From Haliotis rubra (taxonomy: Eukaryota), in contig NW_025766203.1 of NCBI RefSeq assembly GCF_003918875.1, forward strand, positions 1,426,001-1,490,000: 64,000 bases of DNA, written 5' to 3'. The translations under genes and the position numbers were made by a program. How positions within the stretch are numbered: position 1 is the stretch's first letter; the number at the start of each line of letters is the position of its first letter. Of the stretch, positions 24,592-38,519 are shown piece by piece. The notes under the pieces are model-generated. The model was not told the DNA's origin, did not search any database, and saw nothing but the letters and a program-made list of their open reading frames with translations.

Positions 24592-25844
24592 TACCTAATA
24601 CTCAATGAACTTCAATATAATACAAACCTGTTTAAAAGTAAACCTACTCAAATTCAACTGAATTCAACCATAGCATGAAAACGAGTTGCAGTCTAAAGAC
24701 ATGTAAATGTTTCTTGAATAAAAGCCACGTAACATAAGGTTTATTGTGTCATTGAAGCGCTTTCCGTATGCCAAATACGACCATGCAATGAAAATCAATA
24801 TCCTGAATGAATATTTCTTCATCCTGCCCTGCTATGTATAACCCAGCACTGAAGGAGTATGACAAGGGAGCGGTTCTCGTTAGCACATATTTTTATCTTC
24901 CATCCTAACAATTCGTCAAACGTCAAATTATTTTCTCTTCAAATTAAACGATATAATATGGCAATATTCTTCTCAAGATTGCAGTCGTTTTAAATCAGTG
25001 TTTGTGTATGTATATAAGCTACAGCTATGACGTAACAACATTCGTTTTTCGTGTAATGGATGTCTACTTTCATACTTTCATGGTAATAGTTTCATGGTAA
25101 TACAGCTATAAATGGGATGTATAACAATGTAAATGTACAAACTAGCTGCATTGAAACACTAAAAAGTATTTAAATATTTATGAACTGATGAAAGATTGGA
25201 ACTCCTGAGTCCTCTGATTAAAAGGGACATCGTGGTGGGTAATATACAAAAGCAAAGGTCAGTGTACTTGCATACATGTTTCCTATATTTATGACTTTTG
25301 TGTATTTATTGAATATCATCCATAGGGTCTTAAAACGTTGATATTCATATGTTATAAGTTCAACTGTTATCTACTTCGTGCAGTTTGATCCAGTAGAGTG
25401 CGTAGAACGTTTTTTTCCTGGGAGCTGAGATAATTATTTGACACATTCCGCAAACGCAGGCGTCTCGCAGATAAGCGTTAGCCTTTCACTACAGCAGTCA
25501 GTGTTTACTCGAAACAGCTAAGTGATACGAATGAGATCAATCTGGTTGAACTGGGTACTGACCTTCCCCGCCCTTGATAATGCTGACAGAAGTCATTGCA
25601 TATATCTTTTGTAATTATATTCAGCCACAGTGACATTTCCACAGTTTGTCTCACAGGAAGGATTATGGTAAGCTGTATGAACTATTTCTCGTTTCACCAA
25701 CATCTCCCTGAATGGGCCTGAGACCCACACAGACTCTTCCTGTCACATCGATACACCAATGGCAATGACGACTGCGACCTGCAGGGAAAACAGGGATACT
25801 TCACTATCCCTGACATGTGTTAACAGTAGGGCAAAAGAATATTC

Positions 25845-26965
25845 CCTAAACTCAGAACGAGTGTTAAAGGTAGCGCGAGACATGATCACACCCACATTCC
25901 TGGAAGAGATCACCCAAACACTCTAGACGAGTGCTAACGCGAGGAAAAGGTAACTTGGCCTAAACATTCCTGTTGGGTGTTACGGGTGCTGTAACACACA
26001 AGATCTCCCAAAAGTTGTTGACAAGTGCTAACGGGAAGGCAAGATAACATGGCCTAAACATTCCTGTTGAATGTTACGGGTGCTGTAACACACAAGATCT
26101 CCCAAACTCTCTAGTAACGGGACAAGATAACATGGCCTAAACATTCCTGTTGATCTCACACAAGATCTCCCAAACTCTCTGAACGAGTGCTAACGGGAAG
26201 GCAAGATAACATGGCCTAAACATTCCTGTTGAACGGGTGCTGTAACACACAATATCTCCTCTTTGACAAGTGCTAACGGGAAGGCAAGATAACATGGCTG
26301 TTGAACGGGTGCTGTAACACACAAGATCTCTCTAAACTCTCTAGACGAGTGCTAACGGGAAGGCAAGATAACATGGCCTAAACATTCCTGTTGAATGTGT
26401 TACGGGTGCTGTAATAAAGGGACAAGATCTCCTAAAAATTCCTGTTGAGTGTTCGAGTGCTAACGGGAAGGCAAGATAACATGGCCTAAACATTCCTGTT
26501 GAATGTTACGATCTCCCAAACTCTCTAGACGAGTGGTAACGGGAAGGCAAGATGCTGTAACACACAATATCTCACAAACTCTCTTGACAAGTGCTAACGG
26601 GAAGGCAAGATAACATGGCCTAAACATTCCTGTTGGGTGTTACGGGTGCTGTAACACACAAGATCTCCCAAACTCTCTAGACGAGTGCTAACGGGAAGGC
26701 AAGATAACATGGCCTAAACATTCCTGTTGAATGTTACGGGTGCTGTAATACACAAGATCTCTCAAACTCTCTAGACGAGTGCTAACGGGAAGGCAAGATA
26801 ACATGGCCTAAACATTCCTGTTGAGTGTTACGGGTGCTGTAACACACAAGATTTCACAAACTCTCACGACGAGTGTTAACGGGAAGGCAAGATAACAAAG
26901 CCCAAACATTCCTGACGAGCGTCACCCATGCTGCAAGACAAGATCTCCCAAACACTCTTGACAAC
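25845..26965. repeat. 94-bp minisatellite, ~12 copies
   Basis: Unit gacgagtgctaacgggaaggcaagataacatggcctaaacattcctgttgaatgttacgggtgctgtaacacacaagatctcccaaactctcta; period 26680 to 26774. Confidence 0.95.
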
Positions 26966-29347
26966 ATGACAACAGATTACTTGAATTTTCTAGAGAATAC
27001 AAAGCAACTAACTGAATGCATGTCCATGATTTATTAATCGACACTCGATAATAAATCGTGGTTGCATGCTGGGCTCCATCCCGATGCTATTTCTCATATT
27101 TACCTTCAGGCTCAAGGCAGATTATATCTTGCATAATAGAATGCATACATCAAGGCCATATATCATCGAAATACCGCTGCAGCGAGTCATCGCACACCAG
27201 AACCTATCCCCAATGCTCTACTACATTTGGCAGATTGTATTGTCGATGTCATGCCACCAGTCATTATTATAAAGTGCACTGCAGCAAGAGGCGGTTATAC
27301 ATGACTAATGACGAGCAGTGGCCATGTAAAGTACAAACCTTGACGGTAAAGCCCACCGGTTGTGTTTGCGATTGCAAATGGACCTTTGACCTTAGGATTT
27401 TACCAGTATGTTTGATCTCTCATTAATAATACACCGGCATGAGAATGTATGGAATCGTTGGTGTACTCCGGGCATAGACATTTACTGAACGACATACAAG
27501 GCAGCCTAATTGAGCTGGTTCTGTAACCCGGTAATGTCAGACAATATTCTGTCCAGTGTGTACAGTTCAACTCAAACAGGAGAATAATTCCAAACTTTGG
27601 CACAATCTAATCAAAGTTTGCTGATTTTGCAATCTGGTGAGATTAATTGCGAATATTTAAAAGTACAAAAATGTAAAAAAGGAATGTTTCACATCGTCGT
27701 TCCGGTCATGTCCAATCCAGTGGATAAATGGTTCTTTTACCGGGTTCGGTATTTTGCCATGACATATTTTTCTTGCAATTTTAAATTTTACTTCTTGCTG
27801 TGGAGCCTCCACTTTTAACGGCAATTTGCCATATAAGGAAATAAGAATCAGAATCATCACTTCCGGTGGTTCTCCGACACTAAGATGACACGCATGTCTA
27901 TCGCTGTAAAACCTCATTTGGTTTCCCTAAAATCAAACTCCTCACAACAATATATTAACATGAGATACTGGGATGCACAGGGAATACGTTTTGTATGACA
28001 CATTCTTGTTAATCTTGAATGATATTTTGAAAATAATCACAAATTTGATAATGACTGACACATCCGTTATATACTCAATAAAATTCAACGTTTTTCGATA
28101 ATATATGCATTATGTATTTATGTAAACCTGGGTCATAAAATGCTCCCGTTGGGACCTAAACGCGGCCAATATATTCTTTATAAGTATATAATGTCCCATT
28201 AATCATAGGGAAATTGATCGTAATTGTTCTTATCTTGAATTCAGTGAGATCATGAGATTACTGCTACTTTGTTCCAGAGCGCAGTCGTTTTCAAAACAAT
28301 ATTTTTATTGATTGAATTGATTCCAGTGACGAAATGCTCATACTGTAATTTGGCTGTGATTGAATAACACGTTTTTCTGCAAGTGAAAAACGCGTTCTGC
28401 TACTTCCTGTGGCGCTGTGACCTATGGAACTCAAGGTATGCAGTTAATATCATAGGTCTAACTGCCCTCGTTGCTGACCTAGTCGTCTAGGCGCGGCAGT
28501 TCGATGTGAATAGTCGCGGCCTATTGGCGTGCTAGAAACCTATGATCATGGGTTCATATTCGAGTTGACTTGGTAGCTGTACTCGCGGGTAAATTGTTTA
28601 AATATGCTCTTCAAAAAAAGAAACTATACATGTCGTTTTGGAGTTTACTTACTGAGTGCATATAACAGATTCAAACATGATATTATTGCTCAATTACGGC
28701 AAAAATAATTCCATAATGATAATGGAAAAAAGCCTTTCCACATTCGAAAGAAATTGAAATGAGATTCGATTGTACAATTCCGAATAAAAAACGACAATAT
28801 GTTTATGAATCACTATCAGCTAATGATGATACCAGGTGAGCGTATCCTGCCCGACCCGAGACAACTATCATACACAAACGATAAGGCTAGTCAACTGTTC
28901 GACTGAATAAAACATGGGATTGTATGGTACTGCAGCAAACATCAGACATTATTCTGTCAATGATGCGTCAAATTTGGAAAGGTACCCTGCATGTCTATAA
29001 ACCCAATTGAAAGGTTTACTGAGGCCTTGAATGTTTTAACCTTGATCGAACAACTTCTGAGCAAGAGTCATATGTCTCGCTTTCACATCTTGATTAACAA
29101 AGATTAAATGTACCTCAAAAGACGTGAAATGTAAACACCAAAGGCTGGAACTGTTGGAATATTGCTCGACATGAAGGGAAAGTTGACTATTGGAATGTTG
29201 AAGTCATCCCTCTTGTCATGCAGCCTTATTGTTTCGTATCATTATTGCTAATATTGCCGCAGATAAGCTAAGTTGGGGGAGAGTGTATCCCTTTGGCGAC
29301 AACACCCTCTTTTTGTCCAGTATTTTTGTCACTCTCAATCTTTTTTT

Positions 29348-29596
29348 ACCCGTAAAGGTCCGGGTTAGAACATTGATCTTCAGTAACCCATGCTTGTCGC
29401 AAGAGGCGACTAACGGGATTGGATGGTCAGGCTCACTGACTTGGTTGACAGATGTCATCGGTTCCCAATTGCGCATATCGATGCTCATGCTGTTGATCAC
29501 TGGATTGTCTGGTCCCGACTCGAATATTTACAGACCGCTGCCATATAGCTGGAATATTGCTGAGTGCAGCGTAAAACTAAACTCACTGACTCACTC
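29348..29596 (+). mobile_element. SINE-like family A
   Basis: acccgtaaaggtccgggttagaa...ggaatattgctgagtgcagcgtaaaactaaactcact. Confidence 0.9.
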
Positions 29597-30460
29597 AATC
29601 TTTATGTATAGATCTAAATATGAAAGGCGGTCCCACTTGTCTCCCTTATTTCAAGTTCAGGTGGGTATAACATATGTTATATTTGGGATTACACAATGTT
29701 ACATTTGACAACTTTCTAAATGACATTGTGTATTCAGGTGGGCAAATCAGACGACGAGAATTGGATATTTGCCTGTTACTGAAAGATTGAATGCTTAGTT
29801 TAGTTTCTAGTACCATTCTGACCTTCATCATAAACATGTGTAACCGCTGTCAAATACATCTGGCAACCACCACAAACACACGCAAAGGCATGTCAAGGTT
29901 CAGTAGGAAATTCCATCTCATCTCTCACGAACGGTTCATATTTGGAAATGGGATTTTAACCTATTATTGTGGATTTTGTCACATTTGCCTCTCTACATAG
30001 CAACATGCTGTGCCTCCGACCAAAAAGCAACATTATAACAACGAAACGTCTTTTTTCATAAAAAATTAATGCACGCAGTTTACAGCCTGTTTCACACGGG
30101 AATATACAATGTTGATTGGGTAATTAGGCCAGTTTACATGAGCTTCGGCCTACACTTATGCCCATTACATGAACTAAGGTTGATCTCTGCAAGACCTTAC
30201 CAATGTAATTTACTCATTGTAAAGGCACATTAACACCAAGCATAGCCACATAAACGATGTATTTCTTATCGGACAAGCGGTCTAGAACTTGTGTTCATAA
30301 TAACATGCTATGCATGTAAAGTTTCCGATGGTTCTGAGTTGCAGTTTGGAAGGCAGTCCAAAGCGAGTTCTTAAAATGCGTCTCTGCAGTTCCACGCCGT
30401 CCAGACTATGTACAATATATAACTTACTAAAAGAGGCCTTTTCCATATTTCACGCATTAG

Positions 30461-30703
30461 GAGTGAGGGTGCTTACTTTTACGGAGCACACAGCAATATT
30501 CCAGCTGTATGGCGGCGATCTGTAAATAATCGAGTCTGGACCAGACAATCCAGTGATCAACAGCATGATTATCGATCTACCCAATTGGGATGCGATGACA
30601 TCTGTCAACCAAGTCAGCGAGTCTGACCACCCGATCCCGTTAGTCGCATCCTACTACAAACATGGGTTGCTGAAGATCAATTCAAACCCGGATCTTCACG
30701 GGT
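30461..30703 (-). mobile_element. SINE-like family A
   Basis: Full-length match ending ggatcttcacgggt. Confidence 0.9.
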
Positions 30704-30749
30704 GGACGTATTAGGGACATACAATATGTATATGTGATTCCCGAGTTTG

Positions 30750-31109
30750 GACCGCCTCCGTGGTGTAGTGGTTAGAGCGTCCGCCCGGAGAGCGGAAGGT
30801 CGCGGGTTCGATCCCCGACCGCGTCATACCAAAAGACGTTAAAATATGGTACTTGTTGGTCCCTGCCTGGCGCTCGGCATTAATGGGTACAACAAGGACT
30901 GGTCGGCTCGGAGTCAGTATAATGTGTCTGAGTGGGGTATTCATGCTTCACTGCGGCATGGTATCTCAGTGGGCTAGCACTATAAAACCAGCTTAAGCCT
31001 GGGCTATTACAAGCAGCCACACCTACACATACTTACGCATGCACGTCGGCATATGAGCGAAATATTCTCAAGCACGACGTTAAACCCAATTTCACCTCAC
31101 CCCACCTCA
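30750..31109 (+). mobile_element. SINE family C
   Basis: A-box tggtgtagtgg, B-box ggttcgatccc; TSD cccgagtttg at 30740 and 31110. Confidence 0.93.
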
Positions 31110-31228
31110 CCCGAGTTTGACTTCCACCATGTACTCCCGTGGTTTTTGTTCAGTTGAACAGCAGTACTGCCTTTGTATAAGTGTGTGATAAGTGATATCG
31201 AGGGGGAAGGATGCACTCACCTTTTCGA

Positions 31229-31438
31229 AGAGTGAGTGAGTGAGTGAGTTTAGATTTACGCCGCACTCAGCAATATTCCAGCTATATGGCGGCGGTCTGT
31301 AAATAATCCAGTCTGGACCAGACAATCCAGTGATCAACAGCATGAACATCGATCTGCGCAAATGGGATTCGATGACATGTGTCAACCAAGTCAGCGAGCC
31401 TGACCACCCGATCCCGTTAGTGGCCTCTTACGACAAGC
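31229..31438 (-). mobile_element. SINE-like family A, 5'-truncated
   Basis: (GAGT)n tail plus body up to cttacgacaagc. Confidence 0.88.
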
Positions 31439-33879
31439 CGCGCGATACATTAGACGCCGTTCCCGGCCAGCATGACTTGGGACTGGGATTGTAAACTTTC
31501 ATCCAATCAATACATGAGTGTATGGGTTGGTTTTTAATGCTCCTAGTTTGTTTGAGAAATCTCTCAAAATCAAACTCCAGTGTTAATGTGAATGTGAATG
31601 TGTAGGACAATGACGAGGTATTCATATACAATTAATATACATAGATTCACTCCAGCTGTGGACTCAATGCACACCTTCTCACGCTTGTAAACACAGAAAA
31701 TGGAAAATAATTGCACAGATACAAGCAGTACTTAAAACGCGTTACATCATCGATGAACGAAATTTTGCCACGAATGCAAGCATCTTCCGAAAGAGCCTCC
31801 AAATTAAATAGATTCCAAATAGATCCCAGTCTACAAGGCTATCAGTGAGTACTTTTAACCATTTCACCCGATGAAGTCTTTACTAACGAACTAACGTGGA
31901 GTGGAATGTTAAATATCAAGGAGCAAGTATGGTAATGACGTCAGTAGTCAGATCGTGTACACTGTGTAGTTGTTGAAGATGAGGTATTGTCTGACACTGC
32001 TGAAGCCGAGATACATCAATGTCGCTATCAGGTCGCCTTAACCCGATAGCTGTAAATACGGTCCAATTTACAAAGCATTTCACATTTGATTTGGTTATTT
32101 ATTAAACAAATAGTTGGTCACGAATACCAAATTGGTACGATCATTCTCGTCTTTTGATGGCATTACTTTTTTCAATATGAACGCCAACGGAAACGCAAAA
32201 AAGCATGTTTTACGTATTTGCCTCAAGATGGCCCGGGTCTTTATTCCAATGAAGGAAAAGTCCAATTACTTCGGATTCTGTACAACATATTCATATTGAT
32301 TTTTCATGTAAATTGGTTTGTAATTATATATCGCCATAATCTTAGATATTATGTCATTTTCAATGTAGCCATTAGTTGGCATTTTACGTTTAATTAATTT
32401 TTTGTATAAACAACATATGACGCATTTATGTATTCATTTATTAATCGATTTGACGTTATACCGTCAACAAAGATTGGAGTGAAATTACTGAGATGAAATT
32501 TTCGAATGATGGAACAATTTGCTAGTGTATGTTTTTTTCAATTGAGCGCCAGACAGCGCGAAGTTGACGTGAACATTTTGCTTTCATTGTAAGCAAATAC
32601 TTTTGAATGATTGTGTCGACTGTAAAGAGAGATTCTTTGAAAACATACGGGTATCATTAATTAGATTCATATTAATTAATTTCTCTGACGCCTGCTGATA
32701 CCTCCTATGGTGTCGTCTCATTATTTAGCTAAGGCAGAGAATATGACAATATTTATGTAACTTACAGAAATAGATTAATTGTAATGTGTTTTGGAAGTCG
32801 TTTTATTGAAGAAATAGACGTGTACTGTTTTCTACAACAACAAGGGTTTCCGAGCATGAAGATATTAAATCCTTCGGGTTCCGATTTTAGTTTATGCATG
32901 TTTTTAACTGAACTTTTACAAATTATTTTAACCATATTCAGCAGGGGTCATGGTTGGACAATATGGAACTGAAGTAATTCTTGACATAATTCATTATAAA
33001 AGTCTTAGATATTTATACGAACAAGCATGCAGCAGAAGATGATTCATTTAGAAAAGGGGTTCTCACCTTCAGGATAAGGTCTTTAAGAATTTAAATACTA
33101 TGTACACACTTAGGAACAAAAGTTGACAACGAGTTAGTACAATGACGGCCTGCTTGCTCTACCTTTCTACTCAGTTTGGCACATTACTGATCTCCTGGAC
33201 AGTAATATAATCTTTGCAAAGGCAAAATATCATGTGTCTATTTTCAAAAACACAACTAAATGTATCAGATACTCTCAAGAAGATTTCAGTTGGTGTCGAG
33301 ATACAAAATTACCTCCATATTTGCCTACTTACGGACGTATTCAAAACATAAATGAGGACTGAGGACACACGGCAGTCCTGGACCATAATTGTTGAATATT
33401 TTATTTTTTCAAACAAAACCAAATCTAGATTATATAACATGTTGTGTGGTCAACATCAACGCTGTTAGAACTAAATAGTTTATTAAACGATTTCTAGGCA
33501 CAAGCTAGGGAACAAATTCGGGGATTATAACTCGGTGACCCTACACACAGAGCCAGAGGTGGGGGTCAATTTGGGTCTGACGTTGCGGTACAAGATTGCT
33601 GAACATGAAAAGCGTGTGCGTGTGTGCGTGCGTGTGCATGCGTGTGTTTGTGGACGCTTCTACTTGTTAAGACTAACGCCGGCNNNNNNNNNNNNNNNNN
33701 NNNNNNNNNNNNNNNNNNNNNNNNNNNNNNNNNNNNNNNNNNNNNNNNNNNNNNNNNNNNNNNNNNNNNNNNNNNNNNNNNNNNNNNNNNNNNNNNNNNN
33801 NNNNNNNNNNNNNNNNCTATTCAGGAAAATGTGTTAGAAGTCTACATCAGCAGAGCTACTGACACATCAGAGAGATACA

Positions 33880-34315
33880 AAACATGATTACATAAATTCA
33901 TTGCATTTGTTTAAAAGAGATATGGTACTTGGAATAACGGATGTACGGGTTCTCTAAGTGTTCACAATTGGAACTTGTTGTGGCGGCCTGAGGGGTTGAG
34001 GTTGTATTGCGAATTTAAGTAGTGAGTACGGTCAGATATAATTTTGACAGCTTGATTCACGATTTGCCGCCCATATATTGAGGATACACATTCAAATATG
34101 ACTCCAGCGATTTTACTTGCAGTGTTAAAAAGTTTAGATTTTAGATGAACTGGGAGAGACCCGTACCAACAATGGAAGGGAAATGTTAAAATACTCTGAA
34201 TAAATGCTGCATAAAATGATGGCATCACAGATGGAATAGTATTAAAAGATCTCAGTTTACTCATGAGATGAAGACGTTGCTTACACTTGTTGTATAGGGC
34301 TTCAGTGTTAGAATG
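33880..34315 (-). mobile_element. Rex1/Babar-clade LINE fragment (region C-terminal to RT)
   Basis: CKQRLHLMSKLRSF..FY..FIQSILTF...WYGSL...PSGRH, matching the Rex-Babar QQRLYFLRKLRSF..FY..IESIL...WYG...PSGRR pattern. Confidence 0.8.
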
Positions 34316-34553
34316 TTACCTTCCTAACATGGATACCCGAGCGCCAGGCAAGGTATCAACAAGTAACATCTTTTAATTTGTTCGGGGACTGAACTATCGG
34401 CGTTTCGCTCTCCGACGGATATCCTACCCCTAAGACCAAGAACCCGGTCTGAATATATCAAAGGTGGCCCTCACACACATTATTTTGACATTTGAAAGGT
34501 ACAATTGTATTGCTATTTGTATCATTCAAAAGTATCAGCCTAGCATACATATA

Positions 34554-35842
34554 TAGTATGGCCAGAAATATTGAGAATTTTAGGAATATGTTTAATTGGA
34601 TTTCTAGTATAAACAACCTTGACCAGCTATCAAGTGTTTGGTTTTATCAAGAGAGACAACTCCGTTAATCCTTTTTCATTTGTTTGTGAAGAGTTATCCC
34701 ACTTTGTTTACTTGCTAGCAGACGACATTTTCAGTGATCCTCAGTATGGATGATTTAGAGAGAAGGAAATTGATTTTAGAGTATTATAACAAGGACATCA
34801 GATCACCTAAAGTGATTTCAAGTAGAACAGGCATCCCTTTGTCCACTGTTTATCGTGTTTTGAAAAATATTGCAAATGGATATGGCACTGAGCACCAGGG
34901 AGGCGCAGGTAGGCCCAGAAAATTGACTGTCGGTGACAGGAGGCGGCTTGGTATTCTTGTTTCTAAAAACAAACGAAGGGGTTTAGAAAACTTAAGGCTG
35001 GATATGATTGATAGAGGAACTGTGGCTGTCTGTAAGGAGACAATTAGAACTGAGCTGCATGCAATGGGTTGGCAGAAAAGTCGAGGAATTCCATCACCGA
35101 TCATGAAACCTGAAGAAAAGGAGCGAAGGTTGAACTGGTGCTTACAGCATAGAAATTTTAACTGGGACAATGTAATTTTCTCAGATGAAAGTTCTGTGTG
35201 GCTGTTTCCTAATACACTGAAATTCTGGACCAAACAAACTGAAAAACCTTTGTATCAGCGCCGAAAGTACAGTCCGAAATCTAACGTGTGGGGTGGCATA
35301 TCTGTGTTAGGGGCAACGCCCTGTGTATTTGAAGGGAATATGAACAGTGAGCGGTACACATATATTCTCGAGGGACATTTACTTCCATCTGCTCACGTGT
35401 TCTATGGAACTTTTGGATTTTCCAGCAGGACAACGACCCAAAACATCGTTCAAAGCATTCACAGGCCTGGTTTCGCACCCAAAATATGACATTATTAGAT
35501 TGGCCGAAGCTATAGCCCTGACCTAAATCCAATAGAAAATGTTTGGGGACTTATGAAGGAAAGTGTCAATAAGAAAAATCTGACAAATATTGCTGAAATG
35601 AAAGAAGAGGTGGTCCGATATTGGGACAGCATGGACCACGACTTTCTAACTTCTTTGGTCAGTAGTATGCCCCGCCGCATTGAAGCCTGCATTGCTGCCC
35701 ATGGTGACTTGACAAAATACTAACTGTTCACCTGTCTTTGAATCTGGAGTTATGTTCTGCTAATATTCACATTTAATACGTGAGTAATGAGTGAAAAAAA
35801 CAAATACAATCTTTAAATTCTCAATAATTTCTGGTTGTACTG
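34554..35842 (+). mobile_element. Full-length Tc1 (DD34E) transposon
   Basis: TIRs tagtatggccagaaatattgagaattt / aaattctcaataatttctggttgtactg with TA flanks; encloses a transposase. Confidence 0.93.
34746..35723 (+). pseudogene. Tc1 transposase with at least two frameshifts
   Basis: HTH, GRPRK, FSDES, FQQDNDPKH and WPSYSPDLNPIENVW (34 aa between D and E); frameshifts near 35405 and 35507; stop TAA at 35721-35723. Confidence 0.92.
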
Positions 35843-36467
35843 TACATGTACTCACAGATATGACCAAAGGTAAAGCCGAAACATGCCTACATAATTATAA
35901 TGTATTAGTCAAAGTAAAATGGAACCTTTTATGCCAGTTAGTGCTTGTGTCAATCAAAGCTAAAATAGCATGATTACTTTAAATATCATTTAATTGCATC
36001 CGGTGAAAGTTAAATGCAACATGCTATCTTTCCTTATATGTGAATTACTGGAATTTTACTAGATGTTATCATAGCTTTTCATGTTCCCTGCTACAGTATT
36101 GCTCAATTGGAAATATACCCAAATCTCTGTAATGTCAGCATTTGAAGCTCCTTACAGCGAGAAGTCGCTGTAATGGAGCCTAAACGTATTTGACTGGCAA
36201 TACGACGACAAAGGGTCGCGTCTAAATCCCGTTTGTTGTCAAATTGAGGTAAATGGTAAATAAGGTAGTTAGATATATGAATTGTGGGATTATTCCTTAG
36301 GGAATATACTTTGACGTCTGTGGGTTGGTCTGACAGAGGGAACACCGTGTTATGATATACCTAGAGGTGTAAGCCGGATACGGATTATATTAGTCGCATT
36401 TGAAATGAGATATACATTGCCCGCTAAAAGGAGACAAAACGAGCAATACTGCCACATCTGTCAGTTA

Positions 36468-36930
36468 ACTGTATCAGTTAAAAGTAAACTATGATCACTT
36501 GCCCTGATATTGTATCATGTCAAAGTACATAGGAGCTCGCTTACCCTGTAAATGATACATCTGAAAGTAGAACTGTACTTCGTTTACACTGAAAATGATT
36601 CAGTTGAAAGTAGAACTGTACTTCGTTTAAACTGTAATTGTATCAGCTGAAAGTACAATTGTTCCTCGTCACCCCGTAATTGTTGGAAGCACAATGGTAC
36701 TTCGTTAAGGTTTAAACTGTATCCGTTTGTCATTTCATTGCAGCAGTTGCACGTCAAACATGACATCTTTTCCACTGAAATCTGATCAGCTGGAAGAATA
36801 AGAGAACCAGTTTTCATTCAGCTGCATCACTTGCAAATGGAAGAAACCATTTTAACACTGAACGTGTATCAGTTGAAACTGAGTAACGACCTCATTTTCC
36901 ATCTTACTGTGTAAGTGGAAAGTACCATAG
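36468..36930. repeat. Degenerate ~43-bp tandem repeat
   Basis: tgaaagtagaactgtacttcgttta at 36562 and 36605, tgaaagta at 36648; recurring tgtatcagttgaaa-like phase. Confidence 0.65.
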
Positions 36931-38519
36931 GCCATCATGTGCTTAGTAAGGGAATTTGATTGAAAACAATATTAATGTGCCCATTCACTTCAATGAATTA
37001 ACCCCTTCCCCATGGACATTCCGCAGTGATTAATGTCTGTCTAAATGCAACACTGACAGATGTGTCCAGATACTGAAAGGAATTGACTGATGTCTCACAG
37101 GACGTCCAGGACGCCGTCGTCGTCATAGGAGGGATCATCTGATATCCCAGTGACGTCTCTGTACAACCCTACAACAGATACCATGCAGACAGTATTGTCC
37201 TCTGTAATCATTCATTGACTCTTTGTTTGCACATTGGCCTCACCATGAAATATGGATTTGTACAGACATCACAATGAGCAAATAAATTTGATATTTTTCG
37301 TACCATGCATATACATAACGTATCTTCTAGTGGCTCTTCAGCGTGTTCCTGATAGGAATTGTTGATTATCTAAACACTAACTCATTGTGCCCAAGGTACG
37401 CTGCTTTCAACACAGCCATCAGTGGAATGTAGATTAAACGAGAGTGTGACATTATCTGCCTGATCCACGTTATACTCTTCCTCACGGTGTATATGCTAAC
37501 ATTCTGTATGGGTCTAATCTCCATGTCTGCGAAGAATTCTGCGATAAAACACTCGCATTTCCATCACCACATTTCTCATAACATAAATACTCGCCTTCAT
37601 TTAAGCATCGTCGGGTCGGCTGGAGCAAGGACAATCGTTGTTTAACTAACCCTTTTCATAATAGCCATATGACCCAGCGAAAATGATATTTTTTACAGTT
37701 GCTATCCTAATTCTTTAAGGTAATAATCTTTGTCAACAACGGTTCTGGTTATCCTGGCACGTTCTCCAGATGCCCCTCAAACAGAACCGCTTCTCTGAAG
37801 TATATATTAGGTTTAGTACAAACTCATTGAGACAAGGCATTAACTGGAACTAATTTCTTCAAATGATAAATTTAATCCAGAGAAAGTATGGCACCATCTC
37901 ATTCCATTTTCAACACAAGCTTGATAGCGACACATGGTTTGATAAATAGCTGTGGGGGTGTTAGGATGTAAACAGACTTTGCGTGTGCAATACGATCAAA
38001 ACACTGATTTGTATGCATCATATTAAAGCTATCATTGTGTATTTGAATGAACAACTTGATAATTAGACAAATCTCATTTGCATGAGAGCCACAAAACTTT
38101 CCCTGGTCAACTAGAGTGAAATGTCCAGTCTCCAACGTTCCCAACATGTCTGATTATTCACAGGAGGCACATGCCAGCTGGTTGATGCACGTGACAATTA
38201 AATTATCTTTCAAATTTGGTTTCCGAGATTGTTTTGGCATCTGTTTTGAAGCAATATAAGCAGACAATGTTAAAAAGTGACAGGGTGTTGAAGTGAATGG
38301 TGTATTCTGATATCTGTGGAATGATCCAGGGTTTTACCTACGTCATTGTTCAACCAGGGCAAAGTGTCCTGTATTGTTTCTATCCGACTTTCTTGTATCA
38401 GTGGTGCTTAAAATAGATCAAATAAAATTAACTGTTCCAGCTGGTCACACGATCCTCATTGAATCGATAGCATTTATCGATGCTCGTAGTATCGATCACC
38501 GGGTTATCTGGCAAAAGTA

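Noticed and set aside
30750-30825. tRNA gene (also the heads at 17281 and 57216)
   Set aside because: The tRNA-like heads continue into SINE bodies with tails and TSDs and have no proper acceptor stem.
35855-35890. Possible hammerhead remnant tgaccaaaggtaaagccgaaacatg
   Set aside because: The core lacks CUGANGA and helix II is too weak to support a call.
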